A stretch of DNA of 64,000 nt from Eledone cirrhosa (Eukaryota), in contig OZ024740.1 in the NCBI GenBank assembly GCA_964016885.1, forward strand, positions 44,020,001 to 44,084,000, written 5' to 3'. Of the stretch, positions 1-13,574 are shown piece after piece (the stretch's first letter is position 1; each line of letters starts with the position of its first letter). Made by a program: the position numbers and the translations under genes. The notes beneath the pieces are model-generated. The model searched no databases, was not told the DNA's origin, and worked only from the letters and a program-made list of their open reading frames with translations.

Positions 1-226
1 GACACATCCAATTCTCTCATATATATATAGAGTCACACGTCACAACACAACTTGATCTCAGTTTGACAATCGCCACCGACGAATGCGAGAAAGTTCTCCA
101 AAAAAGTTAAACAGGAATCTTTAAAATTCTTCCCACCGAAGTTAACAAAGAACTTACTAGATCTACCAATAAAATTAAATCAAATTATTTAGCACTACAA
201 GTGAAGTCATTCTTTACCATTTTTTT

Positions 227-292
<66 letters not shown>

Positions 293-452
293 ACCAAAGA
301 TTAATATGACCAAAGATTAATATGGTTCATTGATTACTTAATGAATATAGTTTTACAATAGATTAAAAGCACTCTACAATAAAGTTTTCTGGAGTTATTA
401 ATATTATTCAAAATATTAATAAATGAATACGTTCACATAATCAAAATATAAG

Positions 453-516
453 TTTTATTATGTATATTTCGGAGGTACTGTGCTGTTTTTTTTCAGTACG
501 TCCTCATCAGATAAAA
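453..516 (-). ncRNA. Minimal type I hammerhead ribozyme in a short (TA)n-adjacent PLE-end element
   Basis: Minus strand reads uuuuau CUGAUGA ggacguacug..caguaccucc GAAA uauaca UA auaaaa; stems I, II and a short stem III pair by eye. Confidence 0.8.
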
Positions 517-879
517 TATATGAATTGATGTATGACATGCCTCAACTGTCTTGATGGTTCAATTCCAGTATTGGCAGTGATTTATTACAACAAATCTCAA
601 TATTAATATACACAAATAATAACATGATAAACTTAAATATGATGAAGAAGAGGATGTGGAGCGAGATATAGGTATAAGGAGGGGGTGAATATGAGAAAAT
701 GTATGAAGAAATATATAAACACATGCATACATAAATATTTAAATATTTAAAAGCGTAAATATATGTGTTAGGGAAGACAGGAAGAGAGAGAGATAGATAG
801 AAGAGAAAAAAGAAGAGAAGATAGAAGAAGGAGAGAGAGAGAGAAGAGGGATGACGTAACTTCAAAAAGGAAAGAATGA

Positions 880-915
<36 letters not shown>

Positions 916-1249
916 AGAAAGGGACATGATGCTTGACCGCTGTTTTCAAATATTAAGTCAAATAGAAGCGACCAATTAAATTCCGTCAAATTTTTAATAT
1001 CTTTTGTATTTGGTTATGTTTGAACTAATTATACTAATATATTATATCAAAATTAAACAATATAAAAATATTTTCTATAATAATCAGAAGCATAGTTCAA
1101 TTAATAAATATATTAAATATTTTGTTATAAAATTCAAAAATCAAAAACATTTTTACCTATCAAGCAAGTTTACAAACATATTAAATATGTATAAGGATAT
1201 TTACCACAACATATTCGCATATCACCATCAGTATATGCATTTTATATAA

Positions 1250-1435
1250 TTGTTTCTACTTTAGGCACAAGGCCAGCAATTACCCAGTGCATTACTGGTA
1301 CTTTATTTTATCGACCCCGTAAGGATGAAAGGCAAAGTCAACCTCGGCGGGATTTGAACTCAGATCGTAAAGGGACGTAACTATGCTGGAAAGCATTGCG
1401 TCGGACCTTCTACCGATACTGCCAATCCACCGCCG
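1250..1435 (-). mobile_element. tRNA-derived SINE (family A)
   Basis: A-box tggcagtatcgg, B-box gagttcaaatcc, body gcctttcatccttacggggtcgataaaataaagtacc, short att tail; near-identical copies recur in the window. Confidence 0.9.
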
Positions 1436-1884
1436 TTTTATATAATGTTTAGAATTATTATCTGAATTATTCATTTTACATTATAAACAGTTGTCATTTA
1501 CTTATAGGATTAATAAGTAGTTATATTTACTCTTGAAAGTATTAATATTTCGATTTTAATTTCGTAACTATATCATAATATCATAATATATGTAGTTTCC
1601 CTATAAGGATTAATATCATGTTAAATATACATTATTAATCCATTTGGATAGAAAGAAAATAATATATTCAGAATGCAAACAAAGGGAGGTAATCCATATG
1701 TGGTCATTTATATTATCTAAGTGCTTTGAAAGCCAGAAGATATTTTAAACCGCAAATTTAGAAAATTCTTGTTATACAATGACCATTCAAAAAACCGAAC
1801 TTAGGATAGTGAGTCACATCATGAGATTATTTACTATATAAAAAAAAACCGATATACAATTTTTATAAAATTGTGTATCGGTTT

Positions 1885-2122
1885 ATACAGTATACTTAAT
1901 TAAAAGCATTCTGATTATTACTGGAATTCTATAAGAATCCAACACACATAATTTTCAGCAAACAGGAAGAGTACTGAGCTTTGATAAGTACCAAAAAGTA
2001 CGAAACAGAACTCTGTCAGTTTATCTCCCCTGTTTGCTGAAAATTTAAATAAGTGACATTGTCACTATTTTAAAACAATAGCGTAAGGTCTTCAAAATGC
2101 TTTTAATTAAGCATACAGTGTA
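1885..2122. mobile_element. MITE-like element with imperfect terminal and internal inverted repeats
   Basis: cttaattaaaagcatt (~1895) vs aatgcttttaattaag (~2096); internal ttttcagcaaacagg-like pair with cctgtttgctgaaaa. Confidence 0.55.
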
Positions 2123-2207
2123 TTGCAAAATACACTATACATACATTCATAGATATATATATCGCTATTTCAGAGCACCAATTCTAATTTTCATATATAT
2201 ATATATT

Positions 2208-2266
<59 letters not shown>

Positions 2267-2309
2267 TAGATTTTGATTTTAATTTCACATCTTACATCCA
2301 TATTAAATA

Positions 2310-2382
2310 ATTCTATCTGATGAACGACTTCGGACGCTTCTGTGAGAATCATCTGACTTCGTGAAACCTTGGGTAATGGAAT
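2310..2382 (+). ncRNA. Type I hammerhead ribozyme
   Basis: auucuau CUGAUGA acga..ucgu GAAA ccuuggg UA auggaau; followed by a gagcactc tail and (TA)n. Confidence 0.8.
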
Positions 2383-2490
2383 AATTATATTGTGTTGTTT
2401 ATTACATAATTAGATAGCTCTGTTCTATACATAGAGCACTCTTCTTTCCTTTATCTTTTCCACGGAAATACTTAACATATATATATATAT

Positions 2491-3432
2491 AATTCGTTTT
2501 TGAATTTGTTTTGCGAGATTTCTTATCTGAAAACGTGTGTTGAAACAGATATTGTTATACTATGGGAGGGTCATGTTGCCAATAAAAACACACACACCTG
2601 TTGGTTTTCACTTCAATTTATTACAAATTTCCGGTTGGTTGTTTCGATAACCAGAAGTTTGTTTATATATTGTCAAAGCTCTTTCGTCACACATTCTATT
2701 TTAACATGTTGGTAGAGTACAGATGATTCTTTACTATCTTGAAGGAACGGATAAATGAAGACTGGCGAGACCTTCAAGATAGTAAAGAATGATCTGTACT
2801 CTACCAACATGCTAAAATAGAACATAAGGGTAAATTAGAGAACATAGAAATAAAAATAGAATCTACACACAGAAAAGACGCAATGTTTAGACAAATCACA
2901 GAGGCAATAAACATAAATGAATTACAACCAAAATTAAATAGAAAACATGAGTGGAACAGCAACATCACAACTTACAATTAAGGACAAGATGAAAACACAC
3001 ACGCACATAGAACAAACAACCAACCAGTAACATGTAAATAAACAAATAAATAAACGAATATAAACACACACAGACACCCGGATGTAACACATGCGCAAAC
3101 TAAGTACACAACACACACACACAAACAAGATGGCGTAGGACAGAACAAAGGAGAGGCACAAAAAACAAAGAAAAGAATCCCCAGTCACTAAAGAGGTCAC
3201 AGAATGTGTGACGAAAGAACTTTGACAATATATAAACAACCATCTGGTTGTGGAACCAACCAACCAACCAACCAACCAGAAATTTATAAATTCCTAAATT
3301 TATAAATGTATTATAATAAATTGAAGTGAAAGCAACTGGTGTGTGTGTTTCTTATTGGCAACATCACCCTCCCAATATCGGTTTCAACACACGTTTTCAG
3401 ATAAAGAATCTTGCTAAACAAATTCAGAAACG

Positions 3433-3436
<4 letters not shown>
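2491..3436 (+). mobile_element. 3' end of a PLE (GIY-YIG C-terminus, 3' UTR, decayed hammerhead) with inverted 5' copy; same family as 61253-64000
   Basis: 2800-2960 translates YQHAKIEHKGKLENIEIKIESTHRKDAMFRQITEAININELQPKLNRKHEWN; inner hairpin arms 2694-2745/2771-2822; outer arms inverted; (TA)n on both sides. Confidence 0.8.
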
Positions 3437-3492
<56 letters not shown>

Positions 3493-4152
3493 TGTGAATG
3501 ACGGCCGTAGAACGTACGGGTGAAAAGTAGGTAAAAGGAAAGAATTATTGGTCGCACATATGAGCCTCCCACCTTGGTTAAACCTGTATCCATTATTCTT
3601 CCCTCTTATCACTGGACTTCGTAGCTTCCTTCGTCAAACCTATATTTTCGTCAAGATATATTTTCGTTCTGACGGCGTATTCTCTAAATCTCACAGAATT
3701 CGGATCACTTCATCTAAAATTAATAGCTCTATTTTGCGGGATTTTTGTTTATTATTTATATCTAAAATTTAAATTTAAATATGTATTTTTAAAGTATCAT
3801 TTTAGATTAATATTTTCGCATGAATATGCAAATGATTCACTTAAATGAATGGAAAATATTATGTATAGTGTTGAGACTCAATATATATATATTTTCCCTC
3901 TTGCGAACTTATAAGTACGTTTTCGAATGGAAGATTTGATTAAGATAGAGAATGAAATTCTCTTCACGATATATTTACAGAAATATAATGACAAAGAAAA
4001 GAGAAAGAACAAGAATTATTTTGAAATTTTTAAGAAATTAGATTAATTAATTTTTAAACAAACTAATCAGCTAAATATATTAATACAATGGAGGAAATTA
4101 ACTTTTAGAGTCAATGACAACTTTACTGACTGTATACATACACCGACATGTA

Positions 4153-4200
<48 letters not shown>

Positions 4201-4203
<3 letters not shown>

Positions 4204-4648
4204 CGATATATTAACAAATGGAAACTATATTTATAAAACCATATTTATTTCATTATACATATTTCAAGGACACCAAGTCAAATTATGGTGCGCTTTCATC
4301 AGATAAAATATAATATAGATCACTTTTATAAATAAATATTGACATACTCTTAAAGAATGCGACCATTTCTGTTGGAAGCTCGCGGACTTCCAACAGAAAT
4401 GGTCGCATTCTTTAAGAGTATGTCAATATTTATTTATAAAAGTGATCTATATTATATTTTATCTGATGAAAGCGCACCATAATTTGACTTGGTGTCCTTG
4501 AAATATGTATAATGAAATAAATATGGTTTTATAAATATAGTTTCCATTTGTTAATATATCGTATTTTTACTCCAATAATTTGTTGAGTGCTTTATATCAG
4601 TTATAAAAATATTTGCTTGTTGTATCCCAACAAATTAAATATAACTTC

Positions 4649-4652
<4 letters not shown>
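4201..4652. mobile_element. Fold-back non-autonomous element with a hammerhead on each strand
   Basis: Inverted arms 4201-4378 and 4387-4564 with 8-nt spacer; hammerhead at 4455-4519 (+) and mirror at 4246-4310 (-); (TA)n on both sides. Confidence 0.9.
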
Positions 4653-4710
<58 letters not shown>

Positions 4711-4713
<3 letters not shown>

Positions 4714-6270
4714 TTGTAATAATAGGTAGATAAAAATACCTAAGGTATAGAGCAATTCACGTCAGCAGGGTGAGTTTGAATTTAATTATTAAGGCCACTT
4801 ACTACAATGGCACTATACCAAGTACGTACGTTTCGTTATCTCTGAGGGCCAACTTGTTCAACCTGTGCCAATGAAAATAAACCGGAAATTGTTTCCTCAG
4901 AAATGAAAATACAGAACAATAGGGAGAGAAAAGCCCCACATCAAGGGCAGGTAATCTGGATTGTCTAGAGCAGACAATTCTACCCCCGCCCCCACCCCCA
5001 CCCCCACAAACGCTGAAATAACTAATAATTATGAGGCGGTGGGGAATACAAATATCGATAGATTAAGAAATATATCAATCACTATCAAGGAGGCCAGTTC
5101 TTTAAGAGCTATTCAGAAACATGAGAACATCGTGAGAAGAAGTCTGTGCGTGTGTTTATTATTGTTATGGAGGATATTCAATATCCATCATTTCTCGTCA
5201 TTATCTGTACGCCTTGAGAACGTTTATATGTGTTCATATTTTTCTAGTATTTTTCACTTGTTAGAGAAGTATGTGTTCTTATCTTTGATGTTTCTTTTAT
5301 TTGGGCATTTGAAGGTCTTTTCGTGATTAAGAAAGCGATTTTTAAACCAACGCTCTGACATACCGACGTATTTCCCAGGATTCTTTTATGTGGTGTTGAT
5401 TCAATAGAGAGACCTCAGCTTCTCATATTATCGCTGTGGTGTTGCATTATAGATTCATGGGGCATGATTCAAGTTTTTTTACAAGAATATCCGTATATAG
5501 TTTGGGACTGCCCTATCGAAAATGGCTTGGTAAGAAGAAAGGTTAAATATCCGCTTGCTATTATTCTTAACTCAATTTGTAAGAGTATAGGGGGAGGCAG
5601 GAATTCTTGTGTATGTATCTAAAGTTTTCGCTAGTCTTGTGGAAGGGTTTGTGTCTATAGGTAGGTTTAAACTGAAGTTTAAGTAGTTAACATTAGTGAG
5701 ATTGGTGGATACGGTAATTTTTAGCCCTATGTCTCTAGAGGTAGTGATTAACTCTTTCCTAAAGGTGTCGATAAAGGGCTCGTAAGGGCCAGACAAATAT
5801 CACGGTATAAACCCATCTGGAAACCCGGGAAGTTCGCGCATAAGCTATAGAGGATAAAGAGCAAAATATCCATCCTATTAAATCGTAAATATCCATCCTA
5901 TCAACGATCTCAAAGTCGTTTGTCACGGATTTCTTTAACCAGGGTTCTCCCTTTTTGAAGAGGAGTGTTTTACGGCAATGAGATATTACCAGTCTGTCCA
6001 AGTCATGTGTATCTCTAAATCTACTGGCGAAGTCCAGTGTCTTATCGAGTAAGTTACTTGATATCGACGGGTAAAATTCCATGATATCGAACTATGCGAA
6101 TCTGGCTCTATCCGTATGCTTAATTGAGTTAAAACAATCCCAACACCACTTCGCTGTTTTCCCATTGCTTAAGCTTACATCATTTATTAATATTCCTGTT
6201 CAAGATTCTACGTAGGTTCTTACTGACTAGGCCTAATTCTGTCTTGACAGAGTTAATGAGTCTACATATC
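4711..6270 (-). mobile_element. Degenerate 5'-truncated PLE (Naiad-like RT/EN remnant)
   Basis: CRLINSVKTELG, FDIMEFYPSIS, CRKTLLF..W.KK, GLKITV..N...VNYL motifs with stops and frameshifts; 3' half of a hammerhead (GAAACGUACGUA) near 4822-4835; ends at (TA)n. Confidence 0.8.
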
Positions 6271-8037
6271 TATAAATAATCAAAAGAGGACTAAAGGTTG
6301 AATGTGTGCATCTACTCGGGACTGCGGGTGCACCTAAAAACTTTAGAGAAAACAATGACACACACTACCAAGAAATATTTGATCGCAACTGATGACTGCT
6401 GCAATATATATTTCTTTTTCAGTTAAATTTTGTTTTGTTTTAGTTTTTCTTGTAAATATATATATCAGTTTTACTGTAAGCTATCAGAGAAGTAATTGAA
6501 TATTTTCTGTCTTTCTGAAGCCTCTCCTTAACCCAGTAAGTGAATTAATATCATATATGTAGGCAGTATATATATTTTACACTTCTTTCTTATTTGTTTA
6601 CAAAATCAAATTGTATTTTCACTAATCATTTGATAGATGTATCTGTCATGGGGAAAGTTTTATAACGACCATGTTTAATTTAATATTTTTTATAGGCAGT
6701 AACAAATTGTCAGATTGTATAGAGTGTTGAATTAAATACCTGTACTCTGAGTTCAAATCCGACCAAGGTCAACTTTGGCTTTCATACTTTCAAAATTGAT
6801 AAATAAAATACTAATCCATAACTGGTGAATATGGGGAAATTTATAAAGCGTCAGATGAGATGACTTCCGTATTCGTTTCACCATTGCTAAATCTCGTATC
6901 ATCCCTTCCATTCACCGGAAACACATTAAAGTTTCTGCAACCAGTAGATAATACGAGCCACAGAAAGTTTCTCGGAAACGACGTTTCCTTTAACCGAGCT
7001 GACAATTGGGTCTTTCCATTTCCTATATTCTTCGTCTTTCCAATTCTGAAATCATTTTGATCATCATTGTGCCTTATATCATCAAGTGGATTCAGAAACT
7101 TCTTCATGTACTAATGTTTTATATCGGTCACCTAACTACCTCTGAATATGTTAAGTCAAAATCCCTTTTGGAAATAAATTTACAGAAATAAAAATTTGAA
7201 ACTCAATATTCCAAAGGTTGGCGTTATAAAGAAATATATCACTACATTTTTTGTTAGAATATTTCAATCTTCATCAAATTATATTATCAACTCTAATTGT
7301 TTACAATTGTAAGAAGTGGTGTCAATTATATTTCAGATATAAAACGATTATTTAAGGAAACTTAAAATGCCATCACAAATAGAAACAATATCCAGAATTG
7401 ATTTTTGCATGCATAAGTTTGCTCTTTCTACCAAAACATCTGAAAATGTTTCTATCCGAAAGCAAGAAATTATAAGATAGCTAGAAACATTTTAAAACGA
7501 AACGTTTATTTTATTTTTATATTTTACAGCTCTTTGCATATTTTCACTAATAAGCTAATTTCTATTGCATACATTTACTAACAACTCTATAGTGCTTTCA
7601 CTAACAATGGTGCTTACTTTGGGAAATACTTCAATTCCTGGAAGTTAATTCCATTGGTATTAATCATTATGTCGAATTACGAATTGGTGAAATATTTCTC
7701 CCGGAAGTGTCAACATTATTGGAAATATTATTAAATCTATTTAACAATATATGTGAATAATCTACGTACGCAACACTATTTATAAAATATCCACAACGCA
7801 TTCATACACACATGCACACGTTCACACACAAACATACGCGCACATAGTCTCTCTCTCTGTCTCTCTCTCTCTCTCTTTCTCATACGTACCCCCCCCCCCC
7901 CACACACACACACACACAGCTGTATTCCTTTTTTGACAAACGACGAAAATGTTTTAAATTATATTGATAGAATATATCTTCCTTGAAATATCAATTTATT
8001 TTCTACGTTTTGCAATAACCGAATCATTCTCTCGCTG

Positions 8038-8102
<65 letters not shown>

Positions 8103-9642
8103 TTCTGTCTCATATATATATATATATATATACATACATATAACAATGTTGTACCGGTTTTCCGGCAATAAATTGTCTTGCAGTTCTCGTAATCCGGATA
8201 TTAGTTATGCTCGTACCCTCCAATTTCCTGCAACCCACCAGAGTAGTTTACTGGGTGACCAGCGGCGGCACTTTGTGTAATTTCCAATTGACGGCATATT
8301 TAGATGTCAGCAGCTGTTGCAGCTGTAGTGAATTTGAGAAACAGTTATCCTATTTTGCTCATATTAATGCTTATTCATGACATCCAAACCCAGTGAAAGG
8401 GTCAAATGTTTTACACCTTTATATCATTATAGTTGAAGCGTAAGTAAAGGGTTTCCGCCTTAATGAAGGTGTGTTGCAAATATTTGGGAGTAAGATATTT
8501 ATTAATTGTTTCTACTTTTGGCACAAGACTAGCAATTATCACCATTTTCCAGAGCAATGTCTTTTCCATCCTGTCCAGCAGGACCAGGAGGTGCTCTGGT
8601 CCTTAACTTGCATTGCTAGGCATGAATACTCTGCTACCTATAATCTACATCATTCTTTTGATGACAACAGGATTGTGAATTAATCCCATTTGACCATCGT
8701 TTGCATTGCCAGTGTTCAAACAATGTGAACAACAACAAGATTTGCTCTCAACAAATATATACACCTGTTAATATAATGTTTCAATTAACACATCACACCT
8801 CTTTAGTGTTAACAATAATGATAATAATTATAGTTAAATTTTTATATAGAATAATTAGACGTTAAGTTTGTTTGTTGTGTGAACACTGTTTTCATTATAA
8901 CTTGGAAAATATCCACATTTCATATGTTGAATTAATTATAATCCCAACTTAAAAGAACTGATAGCCAAATGCGGAATAGAAAATAGAGAAAATCTGAGCA
9001 AGACAAAACATGAATATACAAAACATACGGTTGTATTTCATTTATTAAAACAATGATATCTGATCATAATGACATTAATGCGTTGATATGTATGTATGCC
9101 ACAGAAAAAGCTGCTCTCCCTTAATTAAAAGCGTACACGGTATCTTGTTGACTCTACTAGCAGAGAACATCCTGGAAGGTGGTGTTTCTGCTAGTATATA
9201 TAACACAATGAAAGAGGATTGTGGAGATTTCAGAGAATCATACAGAAAAGAGAAATAGGGATTCAGTATTGGAAAAAATATCATAAACAAAAATCAAGTA
9301 ACAAAAACTAAACAATATAATAATTATATTATATATGTTGGCAATCTGATTAAATGAATGAAGCTTTTTCGTTTTTCTGAAACTTTTCATCGAAAGAGTT
9401 CGATTATTTTTTAACAAAATATTCATTTTCGTTTTCACAGTGCACAATATACACCCTGAAGTAAATAAACAAACATTAGGACGAAATGAGGTCAAAGTCA
9501 AGTTAATTGGAAGAGCACTACTTTCCTGTGAAATAAATGTATCTGTCTATGTAAAATAAACATACAATAAGTCACACTAAGATGTTAAGCTATGGTTGGT
9601 CATGAAATCGCATGTATTGTCTCAGTCCATTAGACATTTTTC

Positions 9643-9684
<42 letters not shown>

Positions 9685-9879
9685 ATATGTTTCTGCTGAA
9701 AAAAAATGTTGATATTAGAGGACATGACTAGAATAGGAGACAAATGAGGCCTTTCGGTTCGCATTTCTATCTTGGGACACCGTGCTTTACAGTCACTTCT
9801 TTCCAGGTCAGTTGATCAGTGCCAACATGTGCATTGAAGTTTCCCAGCTATTAAAAGTGTAGATGGAAGTGATTCAGTA

Positions 9880-10380
9880 TGACACCGGGTCGCAGGAGGA
9901 TACCCTTGTTCAATAAAGATGTTAAAGATGTTATCCAAGCATATGAGGTTTACAAAGATTGGCTTGGAAAGAAGTATTTTTTCTTACACTCCTGGCAAAG
10001 GCTGGCGCGAAAAGTCACTGCAGAGACAGTAAAGGTGTCATTGGTTAAGACATATGAGGACGTTGAGGATTCCGAATTTAGATCAGCAAATGAAAGTGTT
10101 CTGGCAGATCATTCGCCGACTTCATAATACGAAATCCCCCTCCACGCATATTATTATGAACTTGTTTGGACTTACTTTTCTCTGAAGCGAGGGGAAAAGA
10201 ATACTTTGCTGATCTCTTAAAGCTGGTCACAACATCTGATGTACATGAGGTGCATCTATGAACGAAGTCTCGAGGCTGGTGTCAGCAGAGCAATTAAAAC
10301 GCTCACAGGAAGCAAGACTACTGGAGAGGATTAAATTCGGCTTGCGATGTTAAAAGCCTGGTGGTCTGGATCTCAGGAAA
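9880..10380 (+). mobile_element. Old RTE-type LINE fragment (EN-RT linker)
   Basis: Broken frames give KEYFADLL and EAGVSRAIKTLTGSKTTGED*IRLAMLKA. Confidence 0.65.
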
Positions 10381-11029
10381 GACACCAAACTTGTTATTTT
10401 CAATTCAGTATTCTCGCCAAATCTCAGAAATAATACAATCGCGAATATAAGCCGCCATGGTCAACTTTGCCTTTCATCCTTTCGAGGTCAATAAAAAAGT
10501 AACAGTCCAGTACTGGGGTCAATCCTTCCTATTTATTCTTTATTTTAAATATATATGTGTGTGCGCGTGCGCGCGTGCATGTGTGTGTTTGTTTGCGTGT
10601 GTGTGTGAGTGTGTGTGTGTAAGTGTGTGTGAGTGTGTGTGTATGTATGTCTATAATTATATATATCCATGTAATGTTGACAGGTGTGAGAATGAGTGCT
10701 AAATAATAAAGTAGAGTTTAATATTGTTTTCTTTCTCTCTCTCTCTGTCTCTCTCTCTCTCTCTGTATGGGTATGAGCGTTTGCATGTAAATGAAAATAC
10801 TTTTAGCAGAATTAATTTTACAGTGGAGAACTACTGTTCGTAATTTAAAAACAATTATCCAAAGATATGAAGCGTTAATGCAATATATCACCATTTTAAT
10901 GTATTGCTATCTTTCCTTATCTTTTCTTATATATATTTATACATACCTACATACATACCTACATGCATACATACATATATATATACATGTATATACATAT
11001 ATATATATATATACACACACACATATATA

Positions 11030-11103
11030 TGGCAGCGATAATGAGGGACAGAGACCGCTGGAGAGAACTCGTCCATGGATCTCGGGAATTTTACCCGCCT
11101 TAG
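11030..11103 (+). mobile_element. Extreme 3' tip of the RTE LINE found at 37358-39035
   Basis: Matches the reverse complement of 37358-37431 (encoding ...[19 protein letters not shown]); embedded in (TA)n. Confidence 0.9.
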
Positions 11104-11164
<61 letters not shown>

Positions 11165-11243
11165 TATACTAGAATGTGAGATTTTTTTACAAAATGAAAA
11201 ATAACCGAGGTGTCCTACACCAGTTAAAGTATAAAGAAAACAG

Positions 11244-11339
11244 AATGAAATCGAAAATGCAACTGGAGTCATATTTTTAAAAAATAACAAAAATATATAT
11301 TTATTTAAATAAGACTCCAGTTGCATTTTCAATTTCATC
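11244..11339. repeat. Imperfect hairpin
   Basis: gaaaatgcaactggagtc vs gactccagttgcattttc. Confidence 0.75.
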
Positions 11340-11354
11340 TTTTTTTCTATATAT

Positions 11355-11699
11355 ATAGTTATGTAATAAACAATATAAGATAATTATTTCATTTACCAGT
11401 GGTTTCTTGAAAGCAAACAAAATTTGCCTTCAATCATCAGAATGAAAAAATCCTGGTGTATTTATTGACAATGGATTTTAAAAACAAAAATATAATGATT
11501 ATATTTTTGTTTTTAAAATCCATTGTCAATAAATACACCAGGATTTTTTCATTCTGATGATTGAAGGCAAATTTTGTTTGCTTTCAAGAAACCACTGGTA
11601 AATGAAATAATTATCTTATATTGTTTATTACATAACTATTAAGATATGTAACCTACATAAAGCACTCTTTTTTCCTGGACTTTTCCGACGGAATTACTT

Positions 11700-11703
<4 letters not shown>
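11355..11703. mobile_element. Fold-back element with a hammerhead on each strand
   Basis: Palindrome 11355-11639 centred on 11497; uuucauu CUGAUGA uugaaggcaaa..uuugcuuucaa GAAA ccacugg UA aaugaaa at 11547-11607; tail resembles 2390-2480. Confidence 0.9.
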
Positions 11704-11793
<90 letters not shown>

Positions 11794-12045
11794 CTTAGGT
11801 TAATAGGAGTTAGGTATTGTATACCCGTGTCCCATTGAAGTATTGTCAGTATAATAATTAGCTCAATGCTTTGGAGCAGAGCCGTATATATGAATATGAA
11901 CACAGCTAGTAAACAAGGACCCACACTCCACCCTCCCGCACATAAATTAGACTTATTGTCCCCTGCTTTTGCTCTTTACTCTCTTTACCCTTTGTTCTTG
12001 AATATTTGGTTGGTAGAGTCCATAACACCAATCAAACCCCTTTTA

Positions 12046-12094
12046 TAGCTCTGAAGAAACCTACGGTTACGTAAGGAAGAAACATTGTAAGCCA
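12046..12094 (+). ncRNA. Hammerhead-like motif at the 3' end of a short PLE fragment (11795-12140)
   Basis: gcu CUGAAGA aaccuacg guua cguaagg aa GAAA cauug UA agc, then AATAAA and (TA)n; stem II base is imperfect. Confidence 0.6.
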
Positions 12095-12138
12095 ATAAAA
12101 ATGTTTTTGATGTTGTAGACGCTCTTCTGTTCTTTATC

Positions 12139-12172
<34 letters not shown>

Positions 12173-12193
12173 ATATAAATGTATATATATATA

Positions 12194-12286
<93 letters not shown>

Positions 12287-12288
<2 letters not shown>

Positions 12289-12767
12289 CGTTTCTGAATT
12301 TGTTTAGCAAGATTCTTTATCTGAAATCGTGTGTTGAAACCGATATTGTTATACTTTGGGAGGGTCATGTTGCCAATAAGAAACACACGCACCAGTTGCT
12401 TTCACTTCAATTTATTATAATAAATTTATAAATTTATAAATTTCTGGTTGGTTGGTTCCACAACCAGATAGTTGTTTATATATAGTCATAGTTCTTTCGT
12501 CACACACTCTGTGACCTCTTCTGACAGAAACAAAATGGCGTAGGACAGAACAAAGGAGAGGCACAGAAACAAAGAAAGGAATCCCCAGTCACTGAAGAGG
12601 TCACAGAGTGTGTGACGAAAGAACTATGACTATATATAAACAACTATCTGGTTGTGGAACCAACCAACCAACCAGAAATTTATAAATTTATAAATTTATT
12701 ATAATAAATTGAAGTGAAAGCAATGGTGCGTGTGTTTCTTATTGGCAACATGACCCTCCCAAAGTAT

Positions 12768-12775
<8 letters not shown>
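12287..12775. mobile_element. Fold-back of the PLE terminal repeat (family of 61253-64000) with an intact hammerhead
   Basis: Arms ~12287-12521 and ~12594-12775 inverted; aguca CUGAAGA ggucaca gagug ugugac GAAA gaac UA ugacu at 12587-12631. Confidence 0.85.
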
Positions 12776-12808
<33 letters not shown>

Positions 12809-13056
12809 GTGAGTGTGAAAGGCCAAGGGTCATTATTGAAAGTCACTGGATTTTGCAAAATACATAATATTTTTTATTGGAGGATGTAAGATAATTTCCC
12901 GCAAAAATTTGATTACACTGTTTTATTTCCACTTATGTATTTTTCGAAAATGTTATTTATTCATTATAAAAATTAAATGATACCATTCTATATGTAGTTG
13001 GGCCCCCTTCATCTGGCAACCAATATTGTTAGACCTAGTCCGCCACTGTATATATA

Positions 13057-13250
13057 TCATCATCATCATCATTCGTCGACTACTGTCGAGATGATGGATC
13101 TCACTCTCATGCCCCAGAATTCCCTGTCCCCCATCGCCGCCCCCAGGTCCTGTCTACTGATTCCCGTATCCCTAGAGATAACGTCAGGGAATGACAGCTT
13201 CCTACTCCTAGTCAGGCTGGAGTCAGGGTTCCAGAACAAGAGAGCGGATA
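13057..13250 (-). mobile_element. 3' tip of a second RTE-type LINE with a (GAT)n tail
   Basis: LLFWNP..R.....DVISRDTG...L..AM.DR..W resembles the C-terminus of the 37358 ORF; stop codon is followed by gat repeats. Confidence 0.75.
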
Positions 13251-13354
13251 TATAAATACATAATGCCAATCATTGTATGTTTGAATCTGACATGCAAAAA
13301 CAAATATATAGGAATAATGTAAGCCCAAAATGTAGTAGATTCAAATATCACGGG

Positions 13355-13464
<110 letters not shown>

Positions 13465-13574
13465 GAGGAATGAAATGAGGTAGAACAGAAATGAAACATG
13501 GATTACAGGTTAAAATGTAATTTAGATCGATGTGGAACAAAACAAGGATTTAGTTTCTAGAACACCCAAATGAG

